64,000 nucleotides of DNA from Octopus sinensis (lineage: Eukaryota), in contig NC_043004.1 in the NCBI RefSeq assembly GCF_006345805.1, positions 66,278,001 through 66,342,000 of the forward strand. Reading direction: 5' to 3'. Of this stretch, positions 26,916 through 43,172 are shown piece by piece. Under the pieces are notes generated by a model. It saw nothing but the letters and a program-made list of their open reading frames with translations. It ran no database searches and was not told where the DNA came from. Within the stretch, counting starts at the first letter, position 1. The number at the start of each line of letters is the position of its first letter. Made by a program: the position numbers and the translations under genes.

Positions 26916-27770
26916 AAGGGGCTTCCAAATAGGAAAGCGTTGTGCTAGAAGTTCATGAAAGGAATGAAAATTAAAAACATTTACCATCTCAACTATATCC
27001 CAGACCGACTGTTTTTCACTATTTCCAGCAAAAAAATATATATATTTGTCGAAGGCAAGTTTCTTCAGTGGGACAGCCTTAATAATCCTGATGCACAGGC
27101 AGTTAGATCCACATGAAGATCTAACGGTTTGTAAATCCTAACTTTCCAAACCTCTGCGCAGACGCAAATCATACCCGGCGACAGAGAGGATGCCGGTAAA
27201 AAATTTACGAACATAATAAGCCTCTTATTGTATTTCTATATGAATAATATATAGTCTAATGACTAATTTGTTTTTTGTGCTACGTCACTGGTAATAATAA
27301 TTTATTATTACCCTCTTTTATTATGTTTAGATATTGTTTGATAAATTTGTTCGTAAATTTTTTACCGGCATCCTCTCTGTCGCCGGGTATGATTTGCGTC
27401 TGCGCAGGGGTTTGAAAAGTTAGGATTTACAAACCGTTAGATCTACATGTGGATCTAACAGTCTGTGCATCAGGATTATTAAGGCTGTCGCACTGAAGAA
27501 ACTGGCCTTGGCAAATATATTTTGTTTGTTTGCTGGAAATACGAGTTAGAAACCGTCGGTCTAGGATATAGTTGAGATGGTAAATGTTTTTAATTTTCAT
27601 TCCTTTCATGAACTTATCCCTTTTTGTGTTCCAGCACAACGCTTTCCTTTTTGGAAGCCTCTTATTGTATTTCTATATGAATAATATATAGTTTAATGAC
27701 TAATTCGTTTTTTTGTGCTAGGCCACTGGTAATAATAATTTATTATTACCTTATTTTACTATGTTTATAT
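26911..27770. mobile_element. Fold-back element: A(inverted)-B-A-B, ~300-bp arms
   Basis: 26911-27213 is the reverse complement of 27348-27668. The spacer (~27217-27325) is a direct copy of 27655-27765. Confidence 0.9.
27488..27566 (+). ncRNA. Hammerhead motif with degenerate stem I; mirror copy at 26998-27073 (minus)
   Basis: CTGAAGA-aact...agtta-GAAAC-cgtcg-GTC. The mirror copy has perfect stem I tccca:tggga but a damaged GAAAC. Confidence 0.6.
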
Positions 27771-27797
27771 ATATATATATATATGATATTTGTATAT

Positions 27798-27831
<34 letters not shown>

Positions 27832-27906
27832 CATATATACACACACATATATATATATATACATATATATGTATATAAATATATACACATATGTATATAC
27901 ATATAT

Positions 27907-27957
<51 letters not shown>

Positions 27958-28499
27958 ATATATTCTATTGCAAATCAACAGAGGTTTTTGTTTTTATACA
28001 AGCACTTTTTTAATTAAAATAAACGAAGAAAATAATTTTAGAATGTCATTATGGAAAATAGAGAGAAAGTATTGCCATTTGCATTAAAATAAGCAACTGG
28101 CTTCACTCGGTTTGAAAGATAATTTTGGCATACTGTAAAGGAACGAAAAATATACTGAAGTAAATTAATATTTCATTATATAACTTCTCCAAGTTCACAT
28201 CATTTTCTAACCAAAGTCATACCATGCTGAGAGCTGGTTTCTTTTGTAAAATACAAGGTCGTAACATTAGTAGTAATACCAGGTCAAGCATGGTGACATG
28301 AATGTGTTTTCGGGAGCAGCAATGGTCGTAGAAGTGATACTAGTAGTAGTAGTGATAGTAGTCGCTGTAGTTGAAGATTAAACATTAGTAGCCTAATTAT
28401 CACTGCTGTATTAGTAGTAGTGTCTAGAGTTGAAGCTGAGTTGGTAGTAACTGTACTGTAGCAGTGAAGAGTAAAGAATAAATACCCACTTCGTTTACG

Positions 28500-28800
28500 T
28501 ATGGCCATGGCATTGCGCCGAGAATGTTCCCTTCCGAGGCTCTAGTCTGGGCTGGGTCGTGGGAGACTAGCAGTCGCCCATGCATACCAGCCTCCCCTCT
28601 GCACACCATCGATGTTATCCAAGGGAAAGGCCGATACAGTCTGACACCAATGACGTAGCAACTAATTTTCTACAGCTGAGTGAACTGGAGCAACGTGAAA
28701 TAAAGTGTCTTGCTCAAGAACACAACACGCAGCCTAGTCCGGCAATTGAACTCACTTCCCCATGATTGTGAGCCTTACGCTCTTACCTCTGAGCCATGCG
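28500..28800 (-). mobile_element. tRNA-derived SINE with CORE-like box
   Basis: Minus strand CGCATGGCTCAGAGG...GTTCAATTGCC...GTTCTTGAGCAAGACACTTT; family of 10047-10298. Confidence 0.8.
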
Positions 28801-28914
28801 ATTTTACTGTATAATTTTAGTAACATCTTCCTTTTGCTGCAACAGTTAATCAGAAGTGGTCAGTATTCGGTTTCGTAAGTTGTTTGTTGTTTGTAAGCTC
28901 TTCTTTTCTTTTTT

Positions 28915-29293
28915 CTTTCAGTGATTTGACTGCGGCCATGCTGGAACATCGCCTTTAGTCGAGCTAATCCACTCCAGGACTTATTCTTTGTAAGCCTAGT
29001 ACTTATTCTATCGGTTCTTTTGTCGAATTACTATGTTACTGGGACGTAAACACACCAGCATCGGTTGTCAAGTGATGTTGGGTTTGGGACATACACAGAC
29101 ACACAAACATATATACACACACATACATATATATACTTATACATATATATGAAAGGCTTTTTCAGTTTCTGTTTAACAAATCCACTCAGAAGGCTTAGTA
29201 GATGACACTTGCCCAAGGTGCCACGCAGTGGGACTGAACCCAGAGCCATGTGGTTGGTAAGCAAGCTACTTACCACACAGCCACTCCTACGCC
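28915..29293 (-). mobile_element. tRNA-derived SINE with CR1-like 3' tail
   Basis: Head GGCGTAGGAGTGGCTGTGTGG...GTTCAGTCCC...CCTTGGGCAAGTG; 3' end GGCGATGTTCCAGCATGGCCGCAGTC. Confidence 0.75.
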
Positions 29294-31603
29294 CATTGTA
29301 TATTATTTATAGTTTTAAACTATAATTCTAGCATTATGTATATCATTTTATATCATTATGTATATCATTTTATATGTATATCATTTTATAATTAAAAAAA
29401 ATATATATATATTTAATATTCTATATTCCTATATTCTTTCTTAGCATTGATAGGTGTCATGACTTATAATGCCTTTATAGTTTTGATAATCTCAAGATTT
29501 CTATATTTAACCCATTCCTAAATGTGTCATTCATTAGCTAAAATTTTGACTATCTAATCGACCTATTTGATTTTAATCGATTTACTGCATTCTAAACAAT
29601 TTTGCGCTAAATTTGGCCAATATAAATGTTAAGTTTACATCTTTTTTACTTATTCATCGGGTCTTTAGTTCAGTTTTTCTTCTTGAAGTTCTGAGCTTTC
29701 AGCTAGAAGATTCTTGGCGAATAATTATTTGTTATCTACATATTTCATTATTGTAAATACATTTATTCATAAATCTATAAATTTATGATTTTATACATTG
29801 AAATGTAACATGTATAGCAATATATAGAATCTGCATTTATTTTAGGGTGCACAATTAACTAACTATTTATTATTTTATTTAGAAAGCAGACACTCTTCTG
29901 TAACCCAATTCTCTTTTTCTTTGTCTAATTTGCTCTGTATTTTCCGTTTATTTTCCTCTCTGTCCTTTTTATCATTCCTGCTTTATCTTTTTCTCTACTT
30001 CATTTATCCTATTATCTTTTTTTTACGTTATATTCCTATCGGTTTTTCCTCTGTCGACTATTATCATTAATTAAATGAATGAAAGATTAATGCCTATTGT
30101 AAAATGATGTACTAAAATAAATAGTTTGTTTAGGGCATTGTCAGCGACAGGCCATGACCGCTTGTTTTAATTCTAACTGCTATATTTGGATAGAGACTAC
30201 TTCTACTGGCATCTGTGGGTGAGGTTGGTAAACGCCTTCTTATAGATGTTTGTATTTACGATAGTTTCCGTCTATTTACTCATTTTAAATGACAGCTTGG
30301 AGACACACCCACCTTGAATTTCTTCAGTCTTTGTATTCTGATTAGATTAGAAATTTCACTTGTTGAAATTCTGATGATTAATCAAGTAGTCGTTGCTCTA
30401 GTGTTGACACGATTGCTCGAAGGGTAGGAAGTTATGTAATGCATCACGCAATGTAACTAATTTCATTATACTCACGTCAAAATAAAAAGCCCTAGTGAAA
30501 CAATTGTAGCAGTAGATAATTCTTCTGTTTTCATTATATATCTATCTATATATTTGCTTGTATATAAGTATATCAATATGCGTATGTGTGTGTTTACGTG
30601 TCTGTGAGTAAGTATCTAGGTAAATACATGCTAACAAATATTCACACATATATATATGTATGCAGGAACGACAGTATTCTTACGCATACAATTCATACAC
30701 AACACACAACTGCACACTCTCACAAACTTAGTGTGTTTGTGTGTATGCGAATTGTAAGAATATCTGTTTCAATTTCTTTGATGTTTGTTTATTCGCAGAA
30801 GAGAGGAATACCATTTAATTGCTTAATTTTAGTTTTCTCTCAAGGAATGACACTTGTGGAGATATAGGATTAACGCTTTCTAAGTAGAGATCTGATCTGC
30901 CATTGTTATAAAGATTTAAATAGTGTCATAATATTCAGATAAGAGAATACAATCAGTAGATTCTTAAACGAAAATACGTGTTATTTAAACCAACTAACTG
31001 TATGATAATTTTATCGTTATAGTCTTATATGAAATTAATGGTAGTCTGACAGAAATCGATAAGAATCTTGTTACTCATCGGTATCTATTGGATACAGTAT
31101 GTCTCTCTATTTATATATGTGTGTTTGTGGAAGTGCCATTACAACAAGATTACTATTTGAAGATTTCATTTTTGTGTAGTTTATCTGGAACAACTTGTCT
31201 GGTCGTTTACATATTTCTCGAAATGAATGTCTTGAGATGATCTGAATTAAACCGAGCAAGCTTATTCAATATTTGTCTTTTATTAGGCATGGTTGTGTGT
31301 GTGTGTTTGTGTGTCTATGTGTGTGTATTTGTGTGCGTGTGTGTGTGCATATCTTGTAATAATAGTTAATCACAGAATAATATCGATTTATAGTATGACT
31401 AAGTGAAAAACCGGAGGTCTTTCAGATATCATCTTCAGAAAGTAAAGAAAATAATTATATCAAATGCATGGCAGAAAGTATCTACATATTGACATCAGCA
31501 TATTTGTTAATCAGATGAAGAAAGGGAATGTGGGGTAAGTACCTATGTTCTTTGCTGCCGATAGCATAGTGATACAACTAGTAAAGTCAGTTCTGAGATG
31601 CTG

Positions 31604-31837
31604 TAAGGCGACGAACTGACAGAATCGTTTGCACGCCGGGCGAAATGCTTAAAGGTATTTCGTCTGCCGTTACGTTCTGAGTTCGTATTCTACCGAGGTT
31701 GACTTTGTCTTTCCTCCTTTCGGGGTCGATAAATTAAGTACCAGTTACGCACTGGGGTCGATGTAATCGACTTAATACCTTTGTCTGTCCTTGTTTGTTC
31801 CCTCTATGTTTAGCCCCTTGTGGGAAATAAAGAAATA
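31604..31837 (+). mobile_element. tRNA-derived SINE, family of 22584-22817
   Basis: Near-identical body including CCTTTCGGGGTCGATAAATTAAGTACCAG. Confidence 0.85.
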
Positions 31838-32032
31838 AGAAACGTCAGCACGGTGGGCAAAATGATTAGCGGTATTGCGTATGTCTTTATGTTCTGAGTT
31901 CAAATTCCATCGACTTTGCCCTTCATCCTTTTCGGGCCGACACAGTAAGGACCAGTTGAGTACTGAGGTCGATCTAATCGACTGGCCCCTCCGCAAAGAA
32001 TTTCGGGTCTTGTGCCTAGAGTAGAAAACAAT
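31838..32032 (+). mobile_element. Second, related SINE subfamily copy in tandem
   Basis: GTTCTGAGTTCAAATTCC...GACTTTGCCCTTCATCCTTTTCGGG...GTCGATCTAATCGAC with a different tail. Confidence 0.7.
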
Positions 32033-35014
32033 ATTGAGATGCAGTATCTTTTTGTGCGATGCGTTATTTACAAAAGCGTTGACAGGAGTTTCATAATGGA
32101 AATAGAATTATTGAATTACCCATTAATGGAGGCTACTCAAATGTAGCTTAAACGATAGTTTTTCTGCCCAACATCGTGAATTATTTCTCATATTAAATTA
32201 TTTTATAATCTTTTGAGAATTTTCCAGAGGAAATATTTCTTTCTACATAGCATTTACTAATCTTCTTAATCTGGCCAAGTAAATTTTTTGTAGAGTAATA
32301 TCTTAAATATCTTAATATATAAAAATCTGAAGTTCACAATCTCTAGCAAAGAAAATAAACGCAAAGAGAAACAAAAACGAACATGATAGAAGAAAGAAGT
32401 AGGGGAGAGATTCGAAGGCGTTTGGAGTGATGAACAGTTAACTGGGATGCGGCTATAAACATAGATGTGTTGGAGCAAACAAAACGTGTTTCTGCATATG
32501 TTGGTAAGGTGGATGTTTTTCAGTTTCATTAAGAAATGTAAGATTAACGTAAAGTAGACTATATTGCACTACATATATTTGGTACCCTACATGATACATG
32601 TACGTATCACGTGCATTACATGTTAACGTGAGTAACCGAATCGAGCTGAAAATAAGCTTCCAATATATTTCACCGTTTTGTTTATAATAAGCAAATGAAT
32701 TTGGTTAATAAATTTATACGGAAATAATCGAAGTGGAGTCGAAATCATCCCACGTCTTGTTAGAAATATCAGCTAGATGTGCATCATTGCAAATACTGCC
32801 AACTAATAACGGAGGGATGGAGTGAATTATGTAGTTTTGGATATTCAATGTCTGAATGATAAAAATTTGAATTGGACACAGTCGGAATTTAAGTGATCGT
32901 AAGTGTGTGTGTGTGCACCATTAGTGAGAATGTACTTTGGCTACATAACAAAAGTAACGGAGAAAAAATAATAAACGAAAGAATACATGAAACAACGAAC
33001 ATGCAACTGCCTTCGATTTCAAGGAATTATATCGCTGAAACACCTTAATTTTATTTTATGAAACTTTGGAAGATTATAGATTTCATAGCTCAGAAACATT
33101 TTGAGATTCGATTTCTCTTTGAAGCCCCCGGCATAATATTTTTTTATTGATTTAAACTCAACATTCACACTCGACAATTAGGATGGTGTTGGAACAGGGC
33201 AGCATATATTAGTATGTAATAAATAATTCAAATGCTAACTTACAATGCAAATAAAATTCTAATAAGCGGAGTGGGGAAAGTAAAATATATAGCAAAGGTA
33301 TATAATTTTCACAGGCATGTCAAAACGAACACAACTAACGATGTTGAATTAGAGAGGAAAAAACGTAAAAACGAAAAAAAAGAGAGAAAAATAAAAAAAA
33401 ATAGACGACAAGTAGACAGCAAAGAAGACACCTTTTTTTTCTAAAATATAGGTTTATTTGGCAGGATCTGCACCAAAAACAATCAATCGTATACTTATTT
33501 GAATACGAAAGTTGATTTTATGTCAGTGTTACTTTAGGATGAATAACAATTTCCCTGTTGTCTATTGCTTCCTTAAGAATATTCAATAACTTGGCTCCTT
33601 AAAATTCAATTTACAAGCATGAAGTATGGCAAAATCGGACGTAAGTATGCAGAGAAAAAGAAACAGAAAAAAATGTTACATTTGGAACAATTATGTTAAA
33701 CACTGCATAGTATAGATCTGAATGTAATATGTTCTTTTTTTTCTTTTCAATTCCAGACGAATAATTTGCCAAGGATAGACGCATAAGGACTCACGAATAC
33801 TTACATTTCTCGGGATGTAAGAGAAATGTGATATACATATATGCATACATTTATGAATATATATTTATATCCGTATATATGAACACACACACACACACAC
33901 ACATGGAGCTGGATGGATAGATAGCTACACTCTGAAAAATAGGCGAAATTCTTAAACTTGGTGCAGACTTCCCTGATGTTTATGACACACCATCTCCGCT
34001 TTCGCAATGATTTCATAAGTAGCTGTTTCGGATTCGAAACCATAAAGAGTTTTATTGTATTGGGTGAATAACACGGTTAGCAACCTATATAGTGCGTTAC
34101 CTTTTCAATGACTAACGATGCTAATGTCGAACGACAGAATTGGAAGAACCGACAACTTATCGGTTAAATTACCTAAGATAGAGCTCTAGGCTACGAACTA
34201 CTGCTGAAAAAATATATATAATTACTATACACAGTAGTTTGCAATGCTTCACCAAAAGGCAGAATTATGATTGGTACCCTATGTGACTAGAGTGTTGGAA
34301 ACACCTGAAATGCTATAAATAAGTGCTAAAATGCGCTAATGGAGTAGTCTAACCACATAAATATAAACGTATACACTAACAAACACCTTAATTGTCAGAA
34401 AAAGTTACTTATGCACATTAACAAATAGCTAGGTCATCAATACTTCCTTAAATAGTATTGTATGCCTTCCCTGTGTATTGACTATGGTAGAAAAAATCAT
34501 ATGATCCAACATTAACACCACTATGGGTTCAGGGTCACTATTGTGTTTAAAACGAACACACATTTCACACTTCCGCAATAAGAGTGGCTATAGAATACAG
34601 TCTAATATTAGGGCATATAACCTCTGTAACTGTGCCCTAATAGCTTTTTCAAATGTTAGAACATTTTTATTAGGAACCATTGAAGCGTCGAGTGATTGGA
34701 TTTATATATATATTTAGAAAGACAATCTGGAACGCAGGCGAATAGCCGTTAGAACACCATTGAGATTTTCAGAATGATCATACATTTTGAAAAGGTATTA
34801 CTTAAGAGTTATAAAAGACGTTGCCTGTTGTCATGGTTCGATTAACTGAATGACACAGAGCGTTCAGCCGAAATGTTAATGGCATTTTATTCGATTTTCC
34901 GTAGGAGCTATAGGTCGCGATCCGGCTTTTAAATTTGTTTCAACAGCTAATTGTCAGCGTTTGAGAAACTATTCTCTCTTTCTCTCTCTCTCTCTCTGTA
35001 TATTATATATATAT

Positions 35015-35074
<60 letters not shown>

Positions 35075-35408
35075 AATAGAATTTTAAGCGTGATGTTAGA
35101 AGGAGTTTAAATCAAACTCCTTTGATCCCCAAATATGCCCTTCTTTCGATTGTCTACTCACACGTATATATTACATGCATACGTACTACCCACAATCATA
35201 TACTGAACGGTAACAAAAAGTAGTTTTATTTCACTCCTAGTCATAAGATATTAAATTCAAACGAATATAGATCCGTATATACAGGATATCATATATACAT
35301 ACATAGACAGAGAGAGACAGGCCGACCAGCAGACGTATATATTTACCTAGAATATAAAGAGAGAAATCACTAACAGTCTAATCTAGGCTGTTCAGGAGCA
35401 AAACTGAA

Positions 35409-35755
35409 TTTATCAAACATATTGCCCACTGTGAGAGAATATCATCCAGATATTATCTTCCCGTAAGGCATGAAGTGGCCAGAACAGCCTGAAAAAATAT
35501 ACCAGAAACAAAAGTACAGTGGGTGGTGAACATACTGACACCGAGGTGTCATAAGAATATTGGTGGAAGTGAAAAATTAACCAAATCAAGGACACAACTG
35601 GGTAGATAATTTTGTGAGGGACCATTTGGTAAAGAGGTGTTCTGTTGTGGGAATCAGCTGTCATCTGGGCACGGATATGGTAAGAAAATTATATGGGAAT
35701 GATGACAAATATGGACCATTCATATGAAGTTCGCAAATCAAGTGCCCAAATACGT
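35409..35755 (+). pseudogene. Relic of an RLE-type LINE C-terminus (R4/Dong- or NeSL-like)
   Basis: Across frames: FIKHIAHCERISSRYYLPVRHEVA (zinc-knuckle region), EYWW, and HNWVDNFVRDHLVKRCSVVGISCHLG...KYGPFI, a decayed HNRPD...EISCP...KY motif. Confidence 0.55.
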
Positions 35756-35789
35756 TTTCAGATAATATCAGACAAAGGTAATTAAAATT

Positions 35790-36870
35790 GTTTAAAATAA
35801 CAGATCTATCGGACTTTCAAAACAGGTTAAATTGTTGGTGCTCGTATGACAGAGTTAACGTAACTAAAACAGCCAAAATGTTCGGTGCGTCAAGAAAGTA
35901 ATGACAGCCTTTGAGAAAGAGGATAAAAGCACCTCATCGAAATAAGACTCTGTAAGAAAACAAAAACTTTCAGATACGGACCGTCGGACTCTTACGGGAA
36001 TAGTTAGAAAGGATCACAATAGTCCAGATCCCAGAATTACTGCAGAGCCTAATGACCACCTCGAGAACCCAGTTTCCACAAAAACTGTTCGTCGGGCGCT
36101 GCAAAAAGCGGGATTCACGGAAGGGCTGCAATCAGAAAAACAAAAAACCTACATTCAAAAACAAACGTTGCAAAGCGTTTTGAGTGGAGTAAAAACCTAC
36201 AGAATTGGACCCTAGAGAAGTGGAAGAATGTTATTTTCTCGGACGAGTCATCATTTACCTTATTTCCGACAACAGACCGAGTAATCGTTTGGAGACAGCA
36301 AAAGGAAGTATTTGACCTAGACTGCATTCTTCAACTGTTAATCATTAAAGAGGATCTATGATGATCTGGGAGGCTATATCTATGGAATCCGCCAGCCCAA
36401 TTGTTTCCCTAGAGGGCAGAATTAATAGTCAAGAGTTTTTAAGTATTTTACCTCATCAAATCCATCCTACGTTTGCGGAACTGTTTTCGGAGGGAGGCGC
36501 AATCTTTCAGGGTGATAATGCACCAATTCACACAGCTATATTTGTTTCTGAATGGCACGTGGAAAATTCTAGTGAAGTTGAACATCTTATATGGTCACCA
36601 CAGTTCCCAGATCTCAGTATTATTGAACATTTATGGTGCATTTTAGAACAAACAAGTAAGGAATCGATATTCCCCAACGTAAACATTACAAGAACTGAAG
36701 ACTGTTTTAGCTGAAGAATGGAAATAAATTCCTTTGGAAACAATGAAAACTTTGTACAAGTCCATATCTCGTACAATTCGAGTTATAATTAGTGCAAGGG
36801 CGTTCCTACCACATATTAAAATAAATTTGTTTGAAATTTTAAGTGTTACCTGGGGTCCATTTGTGCGGCT
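35790..36870 (+). mobile_element. Tc1-like (DD34E-type) transposase pseudogene
   Basis: TDLSDFQ..QIVGARM..., NVIFSDESSFTLF, MIWEAIS, FQGDNAPIH, WSPQFPDLSIIEHLW; several frameshifts. Confidence 0.85.
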
Positions 36871-36902
36871 AAATGCAGTGCTCCAGCATAGCCACAGACT
36901 AA

Positions 36903-36971
<69 letters not shown>

Positions 36972-37004
36972 AAACATAATATGTTACAATTACTCAATAG
37001 TCAA

Positions 37005-37065
37005 GATAAAACTCAGAGTTTCAGATGCCGAAGTGGAAATCCACAACACCATCTGTTCGGTTATC
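37005..37065 (-). ncRNA. Degenerate hammerhead relic
   Basis: gataa-CCGAACA-gatg...catct-GAAAC-tctga-GTT-ttatc. Stems I, II and III pair, but the core has two substitutions. Confidence 0.4.
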
Positions 37066-37683
37066 TGGCCATCTGAAAAAACGCTATGAAAAAATACCGT
37101 TATATAAAGGGAAATTACTGTGTTACAATTATATAATATATTTTATATTTTTTCACACATAATAATTTTTTCTCTACTTTTCTATCCTGCATTTTTTCCT
37201 GTGCCTATATAGACGTGTATATAGATTCATTTGTACACGTGTGTGAATATGTATGAGTGGGCAGCTTTTGATGTGTGCGTGTGAGCGGGTATAAGAATGC
37301 ATATATATATAGACGTTTTTACTTAGTATTTTTCCATTTTTAGGGGTTTTTTAGGGGGTTGGGGGCATATGTATATTCATTTTTCGTATATGCGTGTGTG
37401 TGTATGCGTATATAAACATGTGCGGGTATGTACATATATGGGCGTGTGTGTATGAGTGCATAAAGGCCATGTCCGTATATGAACGTGGTTTTTATGCTTT
37501 GTATACTTCCTTATGTTTTTTCTGTTACATTTAACCATGGTTTTTCTTGTGCTTGTGCGTATATAGACGTATGTATGAAATATTACGGTACGCATGTGTG
37601 TGTGTGAGTTTGTATAGTATGCGTGTATATATGCGTATGGAGGGTGTTGTCGCAAACTTCGGCAATTAAAGTTACCCCAACCG

Positions 37684-38049
37684 CAGAACGGGCGCCACTG
37701 CATGGTGCCAAAGATTCCAACATCACCATCAAAATACAGGTCCAGATACTGCAACAGCTTGGGTTTCAGAGGACCTCAGCTCTTTAACATACTCCCTAAA
37801 TGCCTGAGAGACTTGGATGGTGTAGATGTGGGTTTCTTTAAAACTAAACTAGATCTCTTCTTGTCGGGGGTCCCAGAGGAACCTACCTCACGACAGAAGA
37901 CACAGATGCGGGCGGCGGCATCAAACTCCCTTGTTGACCAAGTGCCATGTTTCAGAGGTAGATTCACATATCTGTGTAGCTCATTCAGCGGTGGTGCCCC
38001 TGCATGGCCGCGGCCTTCGGGCAAAAACATTTTTGAGGATTTAAGGATA
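37684..38049 (+). mobile_element. CR1-like LINE 3' fragment
   Basis: RYCNSLGFRGPQLFNILPKCLRDL...FKTKLDLFLSGVPEEP; 3' UTR GGTGGTGCCCCTGCATGGCCGCGGCCTTCGGGC. Confidence 0.8.
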
Positions 38050-38226
38050 CATATAATATACATATATATATATACATATATATATATACATACATATATA
38101 TATATTATATATATATTATAGGTACATATATATATACATATAACATATTATATATATATATATACATATATAGATATATACATACATATATATATACATA
38201 TATATATATATATATGTATATATATA

Positions 38227-39038
38227 TTTCAACAATTGAGGGTAAAATTAATTAATATTAATCAATTTCACCAAGTATTCAGTATGCAAAGGGACCATTT
38301 AAGGGCGAATTCAAATTATTACATTATATAAAAAGGGCTTAGTAAATAAATTACTTGCCGCATACTGAACTCATTAGAAATAGTAGCTAAAAAAACTTTT
38401 TTTAAAACTATTTCTAATACTTAAAGAAAACCTCTCTCATATAGTGTTTGCTCAATTCAACTCACGAAAGTATGGGGGTAAGACATTAAAAAATGTAATA
38501 ATTTGAATTCGCCTTAAATGGTCCCTTTGCATACTGAATACTTGGTGAAATTGATTAATAATTAATTAATTTTACCCTGAATTGTTGAAATTATAATTCA
38601 TCTCTCTCTATTTAATGCCTCGGATTTTACCGAAAAAGCATAGTGTTACTGATTTAACCCACGCTGGTGGAAAGGGGAGCGCAGAATTCTTCGCTTGCAT
38701 ATTTGAGTTTGCTGGCACTGATAGTTTCGAGCAGATCTTCAGAAGCGATAAGAAGCCGAAAGGGTATGCTCCCACTTTCAGTGTTTTCAATCCAAACCAA
38801 GGAGTTCTGAGCTGATGATAGAAATGTCGAGTTGACTATCTTGAACGTACGTTCTCAAATAACCTTTGCATTGGTTTTTAATGTCTTTACCCCCATATTT
38901 CGTGAGTTGAATTGAGAAACACTATATGAGAGAGGTTTTCTTTAAGTATTAGAAATAGGTTTAAAAAGTTTTTTAGCTACTATTCTAATGAGTTCAGTAT
39001 GCGGCAAAGTAATATTTTACTAAGCCCTTTTATATAAT
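38227..39038. mobile_element. Interleaved inverted repeats A-B-A'-X-B'
   Basis: A 38227-38325 pairs with A' 38492-38590. B 38323-38492 pairs with B' 38875-39038. Flanked by (TA)n on both sides. Confidence 0.85.
38808..38857 (+). ncRNA. Hammerhead relic (GAAC instead of GAAAC)
   Basis: tgag-CTGATGA-...-GAAC-gtac-GTT-ctca; palindromic stem III acgtacgt; stem I tgag:ctca. Confidence 0.5.
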
Positions 39039-39043
39039 ATATA

Positions 39044-39095
<52 letters not shown>

Positions 39096-39116
39096 ATAAT
39101 ATATATATATATATAT

Positions 39117-39213
<97 letters not shown>

Positions 39214-39267
39214 AATACATATATAGTACATATATATATATATATATATATGTACATAATATACATA

Positions 39268-42053
<2,786 letters not shown>

Positions 42054-42322
42054 TACACATATATATATACATACATACATATATATATATACGTATATAT
42101 ATATGTACATATATATATACATATATATATACATATTTATATATATATATATACATATATATTATATACACACACACACACACGCACACACACAAACACA
42201 CTCAACATGCGCACACGCACGCATATATATGTATAGACGCATATTTAAAAGAAGGACCACATTCACTTTCCGTCTACGAAATCCATTCACAAGTCTACAC
42301 ACCTATACGTTTGTGTATATAT

Positions 42323-42364
<42 letters not shown>

Positions 42365-43172
42365 AAGATAAAATATATGTCATTAAAATATGCTTCTGAA
42401 CGGTACACATTACTTGTATGAACATAATTTTTAACTTTTCCAATAATTTGATATAACATGTTTAAAACGCATTTATGAAATAATATTTAGGAACTAAAAT
42501 ATTAATTGTAAAATTATGAAATACAGAGAAAAAAATGAAAAGGTATGAAATATCGTCATATAACAAAGAATTCAATTATAACTGATGTAAAATGCATTTT
42601 GCATTCATATAATTAAATAAGTATTCAATAAATTATTAAAATTAATAAATTTATTAACAGAAGTTTTGAAAATGCAAATATGTTATTGTGCAAATAATAG
42701 AAAAATTAATTAAAACATCTTCCAAATAATGAATTGAAGAAAGGCAGTGATGCAAATAAATTTATTCCATACATTTACTACTTTATACATGCTGCATATG
42801 TATTTATTTATGTATGACCGCAAGTATGTATGCATGTATGAGAATATGTTTGGTTTATATGTATGACTGGCTGGCTGGAATCATGTATGTATGCATGTAT
42901 GTATATACACATGGAGGAATGGATGAACGTATGTATGGAAGTGTTTTCTATGTAGTGTATGAATCTCCCCTCTCTCTCACTCTATCTGTGTCTCTGCCTA
43001 TCTCTCTATCTCTCTATCTGTTAATCCATCTATCTGTCTGTTCTGACTGCTTACACACTTAGCCTCTCCCTCACACACACACACATACACACACATACAC
43101 ACACACATAACGAATCTTCAGACAGGTGACTAAGAGGCTATTAACTATGCAACATTATTTCTGTAACTAATA

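Noticed and set aside
35413-35664. Hydrophobic 83-aa minus-strand ORF resembling a membrane-protein exon
   Set aside because: Better explained as the antisense of an RLE-LINE relic; no splice context.
38714-38750. Second hammerhead on the minus strand (CTGAAGA...GAAAC)
   Set aside because: Stem II does not form, the triplet is GTG and there is no stem I.
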